A stretch of DNA of 64,000 bases, taken from NCBI RefSeq assembly GCF_039541115.1, contig NZ_BAABFP010000007.1, forward strand, positions 372,001 through 436,000. The letters run 5' to 3'. The translations under genes and the position numbers were made by a program. Each line of letters starts with the position of its first letter. Positions within the stretch are counted from its first letter, which is position 1. Under the pieces are notes generated by a model. That model was not told the DNA's origin and did not search any database. It saw only the letters and a list, made by a program, of their open reading frames with translations. The DNA is from Angustibacter luteus. GTDB taxonomy: Bacteria > Actinomycetota > Actinomycetes > Actinomycetales > Angustibacteraceae. Shown here in pieces: positions 40,257 through 49,836 of the stretch.

Positions 40257-41369
40257 GTGATCAACGCGCGGGGTGGTGCGACGAGCACGCGACTGCGGCG
40301 TGCTCCGCTGTGGCGACGCACCCGCTCGTTCGTGCGTCGGCGCGTCCTGCCCAGCAGCGGGTTCCACCTGGCCGGCCTGACCGTCCTGACCCTGGCCATC
40401 ACCTTCGCCACCATCAGCTACGACGACTGGGTGCCGGTGGCCTCGTTCGCCATCGTGCTCGTCGCCGGTGGCTTCCTGCTACGCCCGCTGGCGCTGTCGT
40501 TGCTCTACCTGCTGGTGGTGGTGGGCCTGGTCTACGTGCAGGTGGAGCGGCCCGAAGGGCTGAACCGGGGCGTGGTGGTCGTGCTGGCCGCCATGGCGGT
40601 GCTGATGTTCTTCGTGGCTCGCAGCCGGGCCCGGCTGGGCCTGCAGGGCAACCTGGGCGAGGCCATGCTCGTCGACCTGCGCGACCGGCTGCGCATGCAG
40701 GGCGAGATGCCGGCCCTGCCGCCGGGCTGGCAGGTCGAGTCGTTCCTGCGCTCCGCGTACGGCGACTCGTTCTCCGGCGACTTCCTGGTGGCCAGCCGCT
40801 CCACGGACGGCACCCACCTGGAGGTCGCCCTCGTCGACGTCAGCGGCAAGGGGGCAGCGGCGGGCACCCGTGCGCTGCTGCTGTCCGGCGCGCTCGGCGG
40901 CCTGCTGGGAGCCATGGCCGCGCAGGACTTCCTGCAGGCGGCGAACCAGTACCTGCTGCGCCAGCGCTGGGACGAGGGCTTCGCGACGGCCGTCCACCTC
41001 GACCTCGACTTCACGACCGGCCGCTACCGGATCGCAGGTGCCGGCCACCCGCCCGCGGCGCACTACCAGGCCGGCTCCGGCCGGTGGACGCTGACCACCG
41101 GCGGCGGCGGCCCGCTGCTGGGCGTCATGGACGGCGTCAACTTCCCCGGCGTGGTGGGCACCCTCGAGCGCGGCGACGCCCTGCTGATGTACACCGACGG
41201 CGTGGTCGAGATCCCCGGCCGCGACCTCGACCTCGGCATCGACCGGATGCTCGGGCAGGCGGAGCGGATGGTGCGCGACGGCTTCCGCGGCGGTGCCAAG
41301 CGCATCGTCGAGGACGCCCTCGCCGGCGAGACCGACGACCGTGCGCTCGTGCTGATCTGGCGCCAGTAG
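40257..41369 (+). CDS. Membrane-bound PP2C/SpoIIE-type phosphatase
   Basis: N-terminal TMs; SGDF, VDVSGKG, FATA, GHPP, YTDG, DDR. Confidence 0.9.
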   Translation: MINARGGATSTRLRRAPLWRRTRSFVRRRVLPSSGFHLAGLTVLTLAITFATISYDDWVPVASFAIVLVAGGFLLRPLALSLLYLLVVVGLVYVQVERPEGLNRGVVVVLAAMAVLMFFVARSRARLGLQGNLGEAMLVDLRDRLRMQGEMPALPPGWQVESFLRSAYGDSFSGDFLVASRSTDGTHLEVALVDVSGKGAAAGTRALLLSGALGGLLGAMAAQDFLQAANQYLLRQRWDEGFATAVHLDLDFTTGRYRIAGAGHPPAAHYQAGSGRWTLTTGGGGPLLGVMDGVNFPGVVGTLERGDALLMYTDGVVEIPGRDLDLGIDRMLGQAERMVRDGFRGGAKRIVEDALAGETDDRALVLIWRQ

Positions 41370-41392
41370 CGCGCCGCCGTCGTCGCCGGGGG

Positions 41393-42580
41393 TCAGCCGA
41401 AGGTCTTGCCCTCGCCGCGGTACGTCGGGGCCTGACCGACCGTCCGGTCGCCCTGCACGAGGTGCACGCTGTCGAAGCGCTCGCACAGCTCGCCGGCCTT
41501 GGCGTGCCGGAACCAGACCCGGTCGCCGACCTGCAGCGACGCGGCGGCCTTGCCGCGGACCGGGGTCTGCACCTCGCCGGCCCCCTCGGCGCCGAGGAGC
41601 GTGAGCCCGGCGGGTGCGACCGGCAGCGGCTGGCGGTTCTTGCCGGTCGGGCCGGAGGCGATGTACCCCCCGCCGAAGCAGGTGGCCACGTCCGGCGCCG
41701 GACGACGCACCACCGAGAGCGCGAACCAGGCCGCGGGCCGTGGGGTGAACGCCCGGTACCCGTCGAACAGGGTCGGGCAGAACAGGCCCGACCCGGCGGT
41801 CAGCTCGGTGACCGCGCCGTCGGCGGCGGTCGCCTCCAGGCTGCCGGACCCGCCGCCGTTGACCAGCTCGAGGCGGTGCCCGATCGTCGTCTCGACCGCC
41901 TGGACGACGGCGCCGCGCCGGGTGGCGAGGTCGGCCAGCGAACGCTTCTTCACCAGCCGGACGGCGGGGCTGCGGTCGGGTAGGCCGGCGACCTGCGCCT
42001 CGTAGAACATCACGCCGATGACGGCCAGGCCCTCGTGCCGGGCGACCGCGCGGGCCAGCCGGGCGGCGTCGTCCGGCGTGCGCAGCGGCGACCGGCGCAC
42101 TCCCAGGTGCACCCGACCGATCCGCAGCGAGGCGTCGATGTCGAAGCACAGCCGCAGCGGCCCGTCCGCGGTGACGGTGCCGGACTCCGCGACGGCCTTC
42201 GCGGTGAGCGCGACCTGCGCCTCGTCGTCCACCATGATGGCGATCGCGGCGCGCAGGGTGGCGTCCCCGGCGAGCTCGGCCAGCGCGGCCCGGTCGGCCG
42301 TCGGGTAGGCCACGACGACGTCGTCCGTGACGCCGGTGCGCACCAGCCAGATCGCCTCCGGCAGCGAGAACGCGAGCACGCCGTGGAACCCCGGGCGGGC
42401 GAGTGCGCGGGCGACCAGGTCGCGGACGCGGACCGACTTGCTGGCCACCCGGATCGGCACGCCGCCGGCCCGGTGCAGCAGGTCCTTGGCGTTGGCGTCG
42501 AACGCGTCCAGGTCGACCACGGCGAGCGGGGGGTCCAGGGTCGCCGTGGCGGCGTCGAGCCGCGCTCCGAGGTCGTTCAC
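41393..42580 (-). CDS. PLP-dependent alanine-racemase-fold protein (D-amino acid deaminase/aldolase family)
   Basis: PIRVASKSVR, YEAQVAG, NGGGSGS, EGAGEVQTP, FRHAKAGE, TYRGEG. Confidence 0.85.
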   Translation of the reverse strand: MNDLGARLDAATATLDPPLAVVDLDAFDANAKDLLHRAGGVPIRVASKSVRVRDLVARALARPGFHGVLAFSLPEAIWLVRTGVTDDVVVAYPTADRAALAELAGDATLRAAIAIMVDDEAQVALTAKAVAESGTVTADGPLRLCFDIDASLRIGRVHLGVRRSPLRTPDDAARLARAVARHEGLAVIGVMFYEAQVAGLPDRSPAVRLVKKRSLADLATRRGAVVQAVETTIGHRLELVNGGGSGSLEATAADGAVTELTAGSGLFCPTLFDGYRAFTPRPAAWFALSVVRRPAPDVATCFGGGYIASGPTGKNRQPLPVAPAGLTLLGAEGAGEVQTPVRGKAAASLQVGDRVWFRHAKAGELCERFDSVHLVQGDRTVGQAPTYRGEGKTFG

Positions 42581-42614
42581 CCGATCATCATGCCCGGTGA
42601 GGCATCATCGTGTG

Positions 42615-43946
42615 GTGACTATCTCTCGCGTTGACGCGATTCCTGGCGGGGCGACCTGGACGAACTGGGCGCGCACCGAGGTCGCCACCCCGGCGGCCGT
42701 CGTCCGGCCGCGCAGTGCGGACGACGTCAGCCGGGTCGTCCGGGCCGCCGTGGACGCCGGGCGGCGGGTCAAGGCGGTGGGTTCCGGCCACTCGTTCACG
42801 GGGGTCGCGGTCACGGACGGCGTGCACGTGCGTCTCGACCAGCTGACGCGTCGCCTCGACGTGTACGACGGCGGGCTGGTCACGGTCGGCGCCGGCTGGC
42901 CGCTGCACGAGCTCGGTCCGGCGCTCGCCGCGCACGGTCTGGCGATGAGCAACCTGGGCGACATCGACGTCCAGACGATCTCCGGCGCGGTCGGCACCGG
43001 CACGCACGGCACCGGCGGCGGGTTCGGTGGCATCTCGGACCAGATCCGCGGGCTGCAGCTCGTGCTGGCCGACGGCTCGGTCGTCGAGGTCTCGGCGGAC
43101 GTCGACCCCGACCTGTTCCAGTCGGCGCGGGTCGGACTGGGCGCCTTCGGTGTGGTGACCGCGGTGACCCTGCAATGCGAGCCCCTGTACGCGCTGCACG
43201 CGGTCGAGGCGCCGATGCCGCTGGCCGAGGTCCTGGACGGCGTGGACGAGCTGGTCGCCGCCAACGACCACTTCGAGTTCTACTGGTTCCCGCACACGCA
43301 GCGGACGCTGACGAAGCGCAACAACCGCGTCTCGCCCGGCACGCCGCTCGCACCGCTGGGCCGGGTGCGGTCCTACGTGGACGACGAGCTGTTGTCCAAC
43401 ACCCTGTTCGAGGGGCTGAACCGGTTGGCCACGCTGGCCCCACGGGTGGTCCCGTCGTTGAACGCGGTCAGCGCCCGCGCCCTCAGCGCCCGCGAGTTCA
43501 CCGACGTCTCGTACCGGGTGTTCGCGTCCTCTCGGACGGTGCGGTTCCGGGAGAGCGAGTGGGCGATGCCGCGGGCGGCGATGCCGCACGTGCTGCGCGA
43601 GATCGACGCCTGGGTGCAGCGCTCGGGGGAGCGGCTGCCGTTCCCGGTCGAGGTGCGGTTCGGGGCCGCGGACGAGCCGTGGCTGTCCACCGCGAACGGC
43701 CGCGAGACGGCGTGGATCGCCGTGCACCAGTACCACCGGATGGACCACCGCCGGTACTTCGCCGCCGTCCAGTCGATCCTGACGGCCTACGAGGGACGGC
43801 CGCACTGGGGCAAGATGCACACCCTGGCGGCGGCGGACCTCGCCGCCCGCTACCCGCGCTTCGCCGACGCGATGAAGGTCCGGGACCGGGTCGACCCGGA
43901 TCGGGTGTTCGGCAACGCCTACCTGGAGCGGGTCTTCTCCGGCTGA
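42615..43946 (+). CDS. FAD-linked aldonolactone oxidase (ALO/GULO family)
   Basis: WTNW, VGSGHSF, NLGDIDVQT, TGTHG, FPVEVR, GRPHWGK, DP..VF.N. Confidence 0.9.
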   Translation: MTISRVDAIPGGATWTNWARTEVATPAAVVRPRSADDVSRVVRAAVDAGRRVKAVGSGHSFTGVAVTDGVHVRLDQLTRRLDVYDGGLVTVGAGWPLHELGPALAAHGLAMSNLGDIDVQTISGAVGTGTHGTGGGFGGISDQIRGLQLVLADGSVVEVSADVDPDLFQSARVGLGAFGVVTAVTLQCEPLYALHAVEAPMPLAEVLDGVDELVAANDHFEFYWFPHTQRTLTKRNNRVSPGTPLAPLGRVRSYVDDELLSNTLFEGLNRLATLAPRVVPSLNAVSARALSAREFTDVSYRVFASSRTVRFRESEWAMPRAAMPHVLREIDAWVQRSGERLPFPVEVRFGAADEPWLSTANGRETAWIAVHQYHRMDHRRYFAAVQSILTAYEGRPHWGKMHTLAAADLAARYPRFADAMKVRDRVDPDRVFGNAYLERVFSG

Positions 43947-44515
43947 GCGGACGGCCCCTGGGTCGGCTGAGCCGCCAGCACGCCGTCCGCGACGGCGACC
44001 GGCTGGACGTCGGCCAGCTTGGCCCGCTGGCTCGCGGTCAGCCGCAGCCGGATGTCCGCGCACTCCTCGCAGATGGAGCGCGGGATGACGCCGATGCGCA
44101 TGAGCAGGCTGAAGGCGATGCAGCCCACGCAGATGCCGAGGATCGACTCCAGGGCGGGAAACAGGATCATGATCGCGCCGATGACCCACGTCACGGTGGA
44201 CCAGCCCGGCCCGTAGTAGGCGAGGGTGGCCGCGATGGTGAAGACGGCGCCGATGGCGGCGGCGAAGCGCTTCGGCTGGCCGGGCGTGGGCCGGGGAGCC
44301 GCCGCGATGCGCGGGCGGATCAACGACGAGGCGATCCGGGCCAGCGGGCTGGCCTTCGGACCGAGTGCGGTGCGCAGCGTGAAGTCGACGGCGAGCACGC
44401 CGTACAGCCAGGGCTGCTGCAGCACCACAGCCAGGACGGCGAGCACCAGCACCTCGCCGGCGATGACGCGGACGGTGACGTCGTCGACCGTCCGGGGAAA
44501 GCGGGGCTGGCTCAT
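43919..44515 (-). CDS. DUF4395 membrane protein
   Basis: PKRFAAAIG, LESILGICVGC, CEEC. Confidence 0.8.
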   Translation of the reverse strand: MSQPRFPRTVDDVTVRVIAGEVLVLAVLAVVLQQPWLYGVLAVDFTLRTALGPKASPLARIASSLIRPRIAAAPRPTPGQPKRFAAAIGAVFTIAATLAYYGPGWSTVTWVIGAIMILFPALESILGICVGCIAFSLLMRIGVIPRSICEECADIRLRLTASQRAKLADVQPVAVADGVLAAQPTQGPSAQPEKTRSR

Positions 44516-44536
44516 GTCCTCAGCCAACCGCAGATC

Positions 44537-45772
44537 TCAGCCCGTGATTCCTGCGTCTTGACTGCTGAGACGGTGCGCGCGGTGCTGCTGCCACACCCCG
44601 CGGGCGTCCAGCGCGACCACCGGGGCTGCCACGAGCAGCACCACCCACGGCAGCCCCGGAACGAGCAGCGGGACGGCGAGCGTGACGAGCGCGGCGCCGC
44701 ACTTCGCGACCACGTCGGCGGTGGTCGTCATGGCGACCACCCGACCCAGCAGCGTCAGCATCAGCAGGAACGCCGCGACGGGGATCGCCAGCGCCCACGC
44801 GCTCGTCGGGTCCGGTCCGCCGTGCGACCCCGTCGGCTCGTGGTGGCCCAAGGTCTCCGCGGCGACCTCGAGCCCGGAGCCGAGCGCCGCGAGCGCCGCG
44901 AAGACGCCGTAGTGCACGTAGCCCCAGGCGAAGATGCGACCGGAGTCGCGGTCCAGCGCGTCGGGGAACGGCCACAGGAAGTACAGCCACCAGACGGCGA
45001 AGACCAGCAGCAGGCCGCCGGCGCCGGTCACGGCCAGCGCCACCGACAGTCCCTCGCTGCCCTGCAGGGTCTGCTGCACGGCCGCCGTCGCCCCGAGCAC
45101 GCACTCGCCGAGCACGATGATGACGAAGAGCCCGTACCGCTCCGCGATGTGCTCCGAGTGCCACGGCGTCACGGCCGTGCGCTCGGCCCAGACCGGCACG
45201 AGCATGTCGAGGGCGGCCAGCACGACGAACGCCGGCAGCTGCCAGTCCTGCGGCACCGCGAGGAAGGCGACCCAGCCGACCTGCACCGCCGTGACGCCGA
45301 CCGCGTAGCGCCGGGCCGTCGTCCGGTGCGCCGGGTCGCCCGCGGCGGCCCGCAGCCACTGGCCGACCAGCGCGATCCGCATGACGACGTACCCGATAAC
45401 GCCCCAGGTGAAGTCGTGGTGCTCGAACAGCTGCGGCACCGCGGAAGCCAGGATCAGCACGCCGAGCATCTGCAGGAGGGTGAGCAGCCGGTACGGGACG
45501 TCGTCGCTGTCGTAGGCCGAGGCGAACCAGGTGAAGTTCACCCAGGCCCACCAGATGGCGAAGAACGTCATCAGGTAGCTGACGACCGCGCCGCCGACGT
45601 CCGAGCCGTCGACGATCGCGTGCGCCAGCTCTGCGGAGACCTGCGCCACTGCAACCACGAACGTCAGGTCGAAGAGCAGCTCGAGCGGGGTGGACGCGCG
45701 GTGCTGCTCGTCCGGGTCGCGTCCCACCATCGGACGGCGCCAGGGGCGTGCGTGGCGGGTCGGCGCGCTCAT
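44537..45772 (-). CDS. ltrA: Low-temperature requirement protein A family membrane protein
   Basis: LELLFDLTFVVA, WWAW..F, ERYGLFVIIVLGE, WWLYF. Confidence 0.88.
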   Translation of the reverse strand: MSAPTRHARPWRRPMVGRDPDEQHRASTPLELLFDLTFVVAVAQVSAELAHAIVDGSDVGGAVVSYLMTFFAIWWAWVNFTWFASAYDSDDVPYRLLTLLQMLGVLILASAVPQLFEHHDFTWGVIGYVVMRIALVGQWLRAAAGDPAHRTTARRYAVGVTAVQVGWVAFLAVPQDWQLPAFVVLAALDMLVPVWAERTAVTPWHSEHIAERYGLFVIIVLGECVLGATAAVQQTLQGSEGLSVALAVTGAGGLLLVFAVWWLYFLWPFPDALDRDSGRIFAWGYVHYGVFAALAALGSGLEVAAETLGHHEPTGSHGGPDPTSAWALAIPVAAFLLMLTLLGRVVAMTTTADVVAKCGAALVTLAVPLLVPGLPWVVLLVAAPVVALDARGVWQQHRAHRLSSQDAGITG

Positions 45773-45855
45773 GCCGCCGAGTATGCCGATCGTGGCAACG
45801 TCGCATCACCGGCGATGCGACGTTGCCACGATCAGGCGGGACGGCGAGGCGCGCG

Positions 45856-47070
45856 TCAGTCGGTCGGCGACGACCGCAGGCGGGCCGCCTGCTGGGTCAG
45901 GTAGTGCTGCTCCGGCAGGTTCGACGTCCGGCGGGCGGCCGCGTCGAAGTGGGTGGCCGCGCCCGCGCGGTCACCGGCCATCTCGAGCAGGTGGGCGCGG
46001 ACGACGTCCACCCGGTGACCCGTCACGCGGTCGCCCAGGTCGTCCAGCACGGCGAGTCCGGACGCCGGGCCGTCGACCATCGCCATGGCGACGGCCCGGT
46101 TCAGGGTGACGACGGGGCTGCTGGTGATGCGCTCCAGCAGCCCGTAGAGGGCGAGGATCTGCGGCCAGTCGGTCGCGGCGGCGTCCGGTGCGCGGTCGTG
46201 CAGTGCGGCGATGGCGGCCTGGAGCTGGTACTCACCGACCGAGCCGGAGCCGATCGCCGAGTCGAGCAGTGCGACGCCTTCGGCGATGCGCGGGTGGTTC
46301 CAGCGGCTGCGCTCCTGTGCGGCCAACGGAACCAGCTCGCCGGCGGCGTCGGTCCGCGCCGCGCGGCGCGCGTCGGTGAGCAGCATCAGGGCGAGCAGTC
46401 CGGTGACCTCGGGGTCGTCCGGCAGCTGGTGGTGCACCAGGCGGGCCAGACGGATCGCCTCGTCCGCCAGATCGGTCCGGTTGAGCGCCGGGCCGCTGCT
46501 GCTCGTGTACCCCTCGTTGTAGATCAGGTAGAGCACCTGCAGCACTTGTCGCAGCCGGGTCGGGCGCTGCGCCGGCGAGGGCAGCGCGAAGGGTTCACCC
46601 GAGTCCTGCACGGTCCTCTTCGCGCGGCTGATCCGTTGGGCCATGGTGCTTTCCGGCACCAGGAACGCCTTCGCGATCTCGGCGGTGGTGAGTCCGCCGA
46701 CGGCCCGCAGGGTCAGCGCGATCGCGGAAGCGGACGTCAGTGCCGGGTGACAGCACAGGAACAGCACGACCAGGGTGTCGTCCTGGTCCGGGACGTCGGG
46801 CGCCGGCCCGTCGCGCACCGCGGTCTCCTGCTCGCGGCGGCGCCGGGACTGCTCGCTGCGCCACTGGTCGACCAGTCGGCGTTCGGCGGTCTGCAGCAGC
46901 CAGCCGCGCGGCCGCTCCGGGACGCCGTCCCGCGGCCAGTGCGTCGCGGCGGCCAGCAACGCCTCCTGCACGGCGTCCTCCGCCGCGTCGAAGTCGCCGT
47001 ACCGGCGCCCGAGCGTGCCGAGGACCTGCGGCGACAGCTCGCGCAGCAGGTCCTCGACGTCGTCCGGCAC
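45856..47070 (-). CDS. ECF42-type sigma factor with C-terminal DUF6596/TPR extension
   Basis: AEDAVQEA, FLCCHPAL, QRISRAK, LYLIYNEGY, YQLQAAIAA, LNRAVA. Confidence 0.88.
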   Translation of the reverse strand: MPDDVEDLLRELSPQVLGTLGRRYGDFDAAEDAVQEALLAAATHWPRDGVPERPRGWLLQTAERRLVDQWRSEQSRRRREQETAVRDGPAPDVPDQDDTLVVLFLCCHPALTSASAIALTLRAVGGLTTAEIAKAFLVPESTMAQRISRAKRTVQDSGEPFALPSPAQRPTRLRQVLQVLYLIYNEGYTSSSGPALNRTDLADEAIRLARLVHHQLPDDPEVTGLLALMLLTDARRAARTDAAGELVPLAAQERSRWNHPRIAEGVALLDSAIGSGSVGEYQLQAAIAALHDRAPDAAATDWPQILALYGLLERITSSPVVTLNRAVAMAMVDGPASGLAVLDDLGDRVTGHRVDVVRAHLLEMAGDRAGAATHFDAAARRTSNLPEQHYLTQQAARLRSSPTD

Positions 47071-47072
47071 GT

Positions 47073-47516
47073 TCAGCTGCCGTCACCGACCGTCTGCAGC
47101 CAGTCGTCCATGGCGCCGGTGTCCCGGGGGGCCTGCTCCATGACCTCGCGCACCTGGATGGGCTGCTGGATCGCGACCCCGCCTGGGCCGGGCACGGCCG
47201 ACAGGCGCGCGGCGATCTCGAGCGCGCGGGCCCGGGTCTCGACCTCGACGACCTGGAAGCCGGCCAACCACTCCTTGAACTCCTGGAAGGGGCCGTCGGT
47301 CACGACGGTGGAGCCGCGGCCGTCCGACGTGACGACGGCGGCCAGCTCGGGCCCGGTCAGCACCTCGGACTGCACGAGCTCGCCGCTGGCGACCAGCTCG
47401 TCGTGCAGGAGGCGGTAGTAGTCCATGTGCGCGGTGATCTCGTCCGGCTGCCACTGCGACATCGGCGCCTCGCAGACGCCCGGCTGGAAGTCCACCACCA
47501 GCAGGTACTTCGACAT
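47073..47516 (-). CDS. YciI/DGPF-domain protein
   Basis: VTDGPFQEFKEWLAGF; immediately upstream of the ECF42 gene. Confidence 0.88.
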   Translation of the reverse strand: MSKYLLVVDFQPGVCEAPMSQWQPDEITAHMDYYRLLHDELVASGELVQSEVLTGPELAAVVTSDGRGSTVVTDGPFQEFKEWLAGFQVVEVETRARALEIAARLSAVPGPGGVAIQQPIQVREVMEQAPRDTGAMDDWLQTVGDGS

Positions 47517-47566
47517 GTCGACCTTCTCTCCTCGTGCTGTGCCCACCTTGGCACTGTCACCCGGAG

Positions 47567-47593
47567 AACGGAGCGGGGACGACGTCCTCGACA
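47567..47593 (-). promoter_or_regulatory. Putative ECF42 promoter
   Basis: TGTCGA-N17-CGTT on the minus strand upstream of the DGPF gene. Confidence 0.55.
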
Positions 47594-47609
47594 TCGCCTC
47601 GTCGGCGCG

Positions 47610-47648
47610 GTGCTGAAGGCGATCGACAAGAAGGAGGCTGCGTCGTGA
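47610..47648 (+). pseudogene. Probable C-terminal remnant of a HicA toxin gene
   Basis: VLKAIDKKEAAS* with its stop overlapping the HicB GTG; no HicA-like sequence upstream. Confidence 0.5.
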
Positions 47649-47992
47649 GGGGTGCACCGCGACCTGATGTGTCGCACGACACCTACCGGGTCTCGTGGTC
47701 GGCTGATGATCGGGAGTTCGTGGCGTCCTGCGCGGAGTTCCCTTCGTTGTCGTGGCTCTCGTCCTCGCAGATCACGGCACTGAGCGGGCTCGAAGACCTC
47801 CTGACGGAGGTGCTCGCCGATCTGATGGAGCAGGGTGAGCCGGTCCCGCTGCCGTTCGCCGAGCGGAGCTACTCCGGCAAGTTCAACCTGCGCGTGGGTG
47901 AGCGACTGCACCGCGACCTGGCGACTCACGCCGCCGAGGAGGGGCTCAGCCTCAACCATTCCGTCGTCCGCAGGCTGACCGCCGCATCCTGA
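47645..47992 (+). CDS. hicB: HicB-family antitoxin
   Basis: YRVSWS..D.EFVA.CAEFPSLSW, YSGKFNLRV...LHR.LA..AAEEGLSLN; AAGGAGG RBS. Confidence 0.85.
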   Translation: MRGAPRPDVSHDTYRVSWSADDREFVASCAEFPSLSWLSSSQITALSGLEDLLTEVLADLMEQGEPVPLPFAERSYSGKFNLRVGERLHRDLATHAAEEGLSLNHSVVRRLTAAS

Positions 47993-48029
47993 CCGCCGCA
48001 TCTTGACCCTGACCGGTCGGCGTCGACCC

Positions 48030-49793
48030 CTACCCCGGGTCGGCGGGGGACGAGTCAGCGGCATCCTTGTCACGGGGCGTCGGGTCGTGGGCCACGACCG
48101 CCCGGTGCACGTTGCCGTGGATGTGGTCCGAGCCGAGGCGGGTGACCAGCTCCTCGCGCTCCAGGACCGCACGGACCCGAGGCTTCACCCGGGCCAGCCG
48201 CAGCGAGACCGCCGCCTGCTGGCAGAGCACCAGGATGTCGTCCAGCTTCGCCGACCCCTGCGAGTCGATGAAGTTGACGCCCTCGAAGTCGATCACGACC
48301 GCGGACACGTCGGGCTCCGCCTGGATCAGCGTGCGGATCCGGTCCTCCAGGGCGTCCGACGTCGCGAAGAAGAGGCCGCCGTCGATCCGGACCACCACCA
48401 CCCCGGCCGGCTGCTCGTCGTCCGGGTGCTCGTCGCGGTCGCGGTACACCTGCGTGCCCGGCTGGCGGGCCAGCGCCGGCATGTCGGGCTGCGTCGCGAC
48501 CCGGACCAGCCACAGCAGCGACAGCCCGATCCCGATCATGACTCCCGCGAGGACGCCGAAGGCGAGCGTGGCCACGATGGCGGCCACCGCGATCCAGAAG
48601 TCGAAGCGCTGCACGCGGTGGATCCGCCGCATCTCGCGGACGTCCATCATGCCCATGACGACGGCCTCGATGATCAGCGCGCCCAGCACCGGCTTGGGCA
48701 GCTGGGAGAACAGCGGGGCCAGGACGAGCAGGGTCAGCAGGACCGTCACGCCGGACGTGATCGAGGCCAGCCCGGTGCGAGCGCCGGCGTGGTCGTTCAG
48801 GGAGCTCGCGGACAGGCTGGTCGAGACGGGCATGCCCTGGAACAGCCCGGCTCCGACGTTCGCGGCGGACTGCGCGACCGACTCCTGGTTCACGTCGATC
48901 TGGTACCGGTGCTTGGCGGCGAACGCCCGCGCGTCGCCCGTGGTCTGCGAGAAGCCGATGAGCACGAGCGCGAACGCGCCGAGCGCCACGGGGACGACGT
49001 GGTCCCACATGAGCCCGAGGTCGGGGACGGCGAACGACGGCAGTCCGCGAGGCACGTCCCCGACGAGGGCGACCCCGTGCTCGCCCAGGTCGAACGCGTA
49101 CGACGCGACCAGGCCCCCGACCACCAGCACGAGGGCGCCGGGGACCTGCGGGGCGATGCGGCGCAGGCCGAAGACGACGACGAGCGAGATGGTGCCGACG
49201 AGCACGGTGGCCACGTTGGCGTCGCCGAGCGAGCCCAGCCAGGACCACAGCTCCTGGAACGAGTTGGTACCGGACGTCTGCGTGCCGGTGAGCCTGGGCA
49301 GCTCACCGATGACGACGTCGATCGCCGCGCCGAACAGGAAACCCGTCACGACCGCCCGGGACAGGAACTGGGCGATCCAGCCCATCTTGAGGACGGCGAG
49401 GACGAGGAAGAGCGCACCGGACGCCAGGGTCAGCCCGGCGACGAAGGACGCGATGTCGCCCTCGTCCGTGATGCCCGCGGCCACCACGGCGCTCGCGGCC
49501 ACCGCGGCGAGCCCCGAGCTCGGACCCATCGAGATCTGGCGGCAGGTGCCGAACACGGCGTACAGGAGCGCGCCGGCGGCGGCCGCGTAGAGGCCGTTCT
49601 GCAAGGGGATCCCGGCGATGCCCGCGTAGCCGAGGTTCTTCGGGACGATCAGGGCCGCGACGGTCACCCCGGCGATCAGGTCGCCACGCAGCCAGGACCG
49701 CTGGTAGGACCCGAGCCAGCCGACGATCGGGAAGAGCCGGCTCGCTCCGCCGGCCGCGCGCGTCCCACCGGCTGCCGGTGCCTGCGGGTCCAT
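48030..49793 (-). CDS. SulP/SLC26 anion transporter with STAS domain
   Basis: DLIAGVTV, GLYA, NQE, LFFA, FIDS. Confidence 0.92.
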   Translation of the reverse strand: MDPQAPAAGGTRAAGGASRLFPIVGWLGSYQRSWLRGDLIAGVTVAALIVPKNLGYAGIAGIPLQNGLYAAAAGALLYAVFGTCRQISMGPSSGLAAVAASAVVAAGITDEGDIASFVAGLTLASGALFLVLAVLKMGWIAQFLSRAVVTGFLFGAAIDVVIGELPRLTGTQTSGTNSFQELWSWLGSLGDANVATVLVGTISLVVVFGLRRIAPQVPGALVLVVGGLVASYAFDLGEHGVALVGDVPRGLPSFAVPDLGLMWDHVVPVALGAFALVLIGFSQTTGDARAFAAKHRYQIDVNQESVAQSAANVGAGLFQGMPVSTSLSASSLNDHAGARTGLASITSGVTVLLTLLVLAPLFSQLPKPVLGALIIEAVVMGMMDVREMRRIHRVQRFDFWIAVAAIVATLAFGVLAGVMIGIGLSLLWLVRVATQPDMPALARQPGTQVYRDRDEHPDDEQPAGVVVVRIDGGLFFATSDALEDRIRTLIQAEPDVSAVVIDFEGVNFIDSQGSAKLDDILVLCQQAAVSLRLARVKPRVRAVLEREELVTRLGSDHIHGNVHRAVVAHDPTPRDKDAADSSPADPG

Positions 49794-49836
49794 TCGCCGA
49801 GGCTAGTGCGGGTGGGCCGCCGTCGACAGGACTCGA

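Noticed and set aside
44074..44090. TGGAGCG-CGG-GATGACG resembling the tRNA-Gly 3' end (possible att site)
   Set aside because: A short gapped match inside DUF4395 coding sequence with no integrase present, so likely chance.
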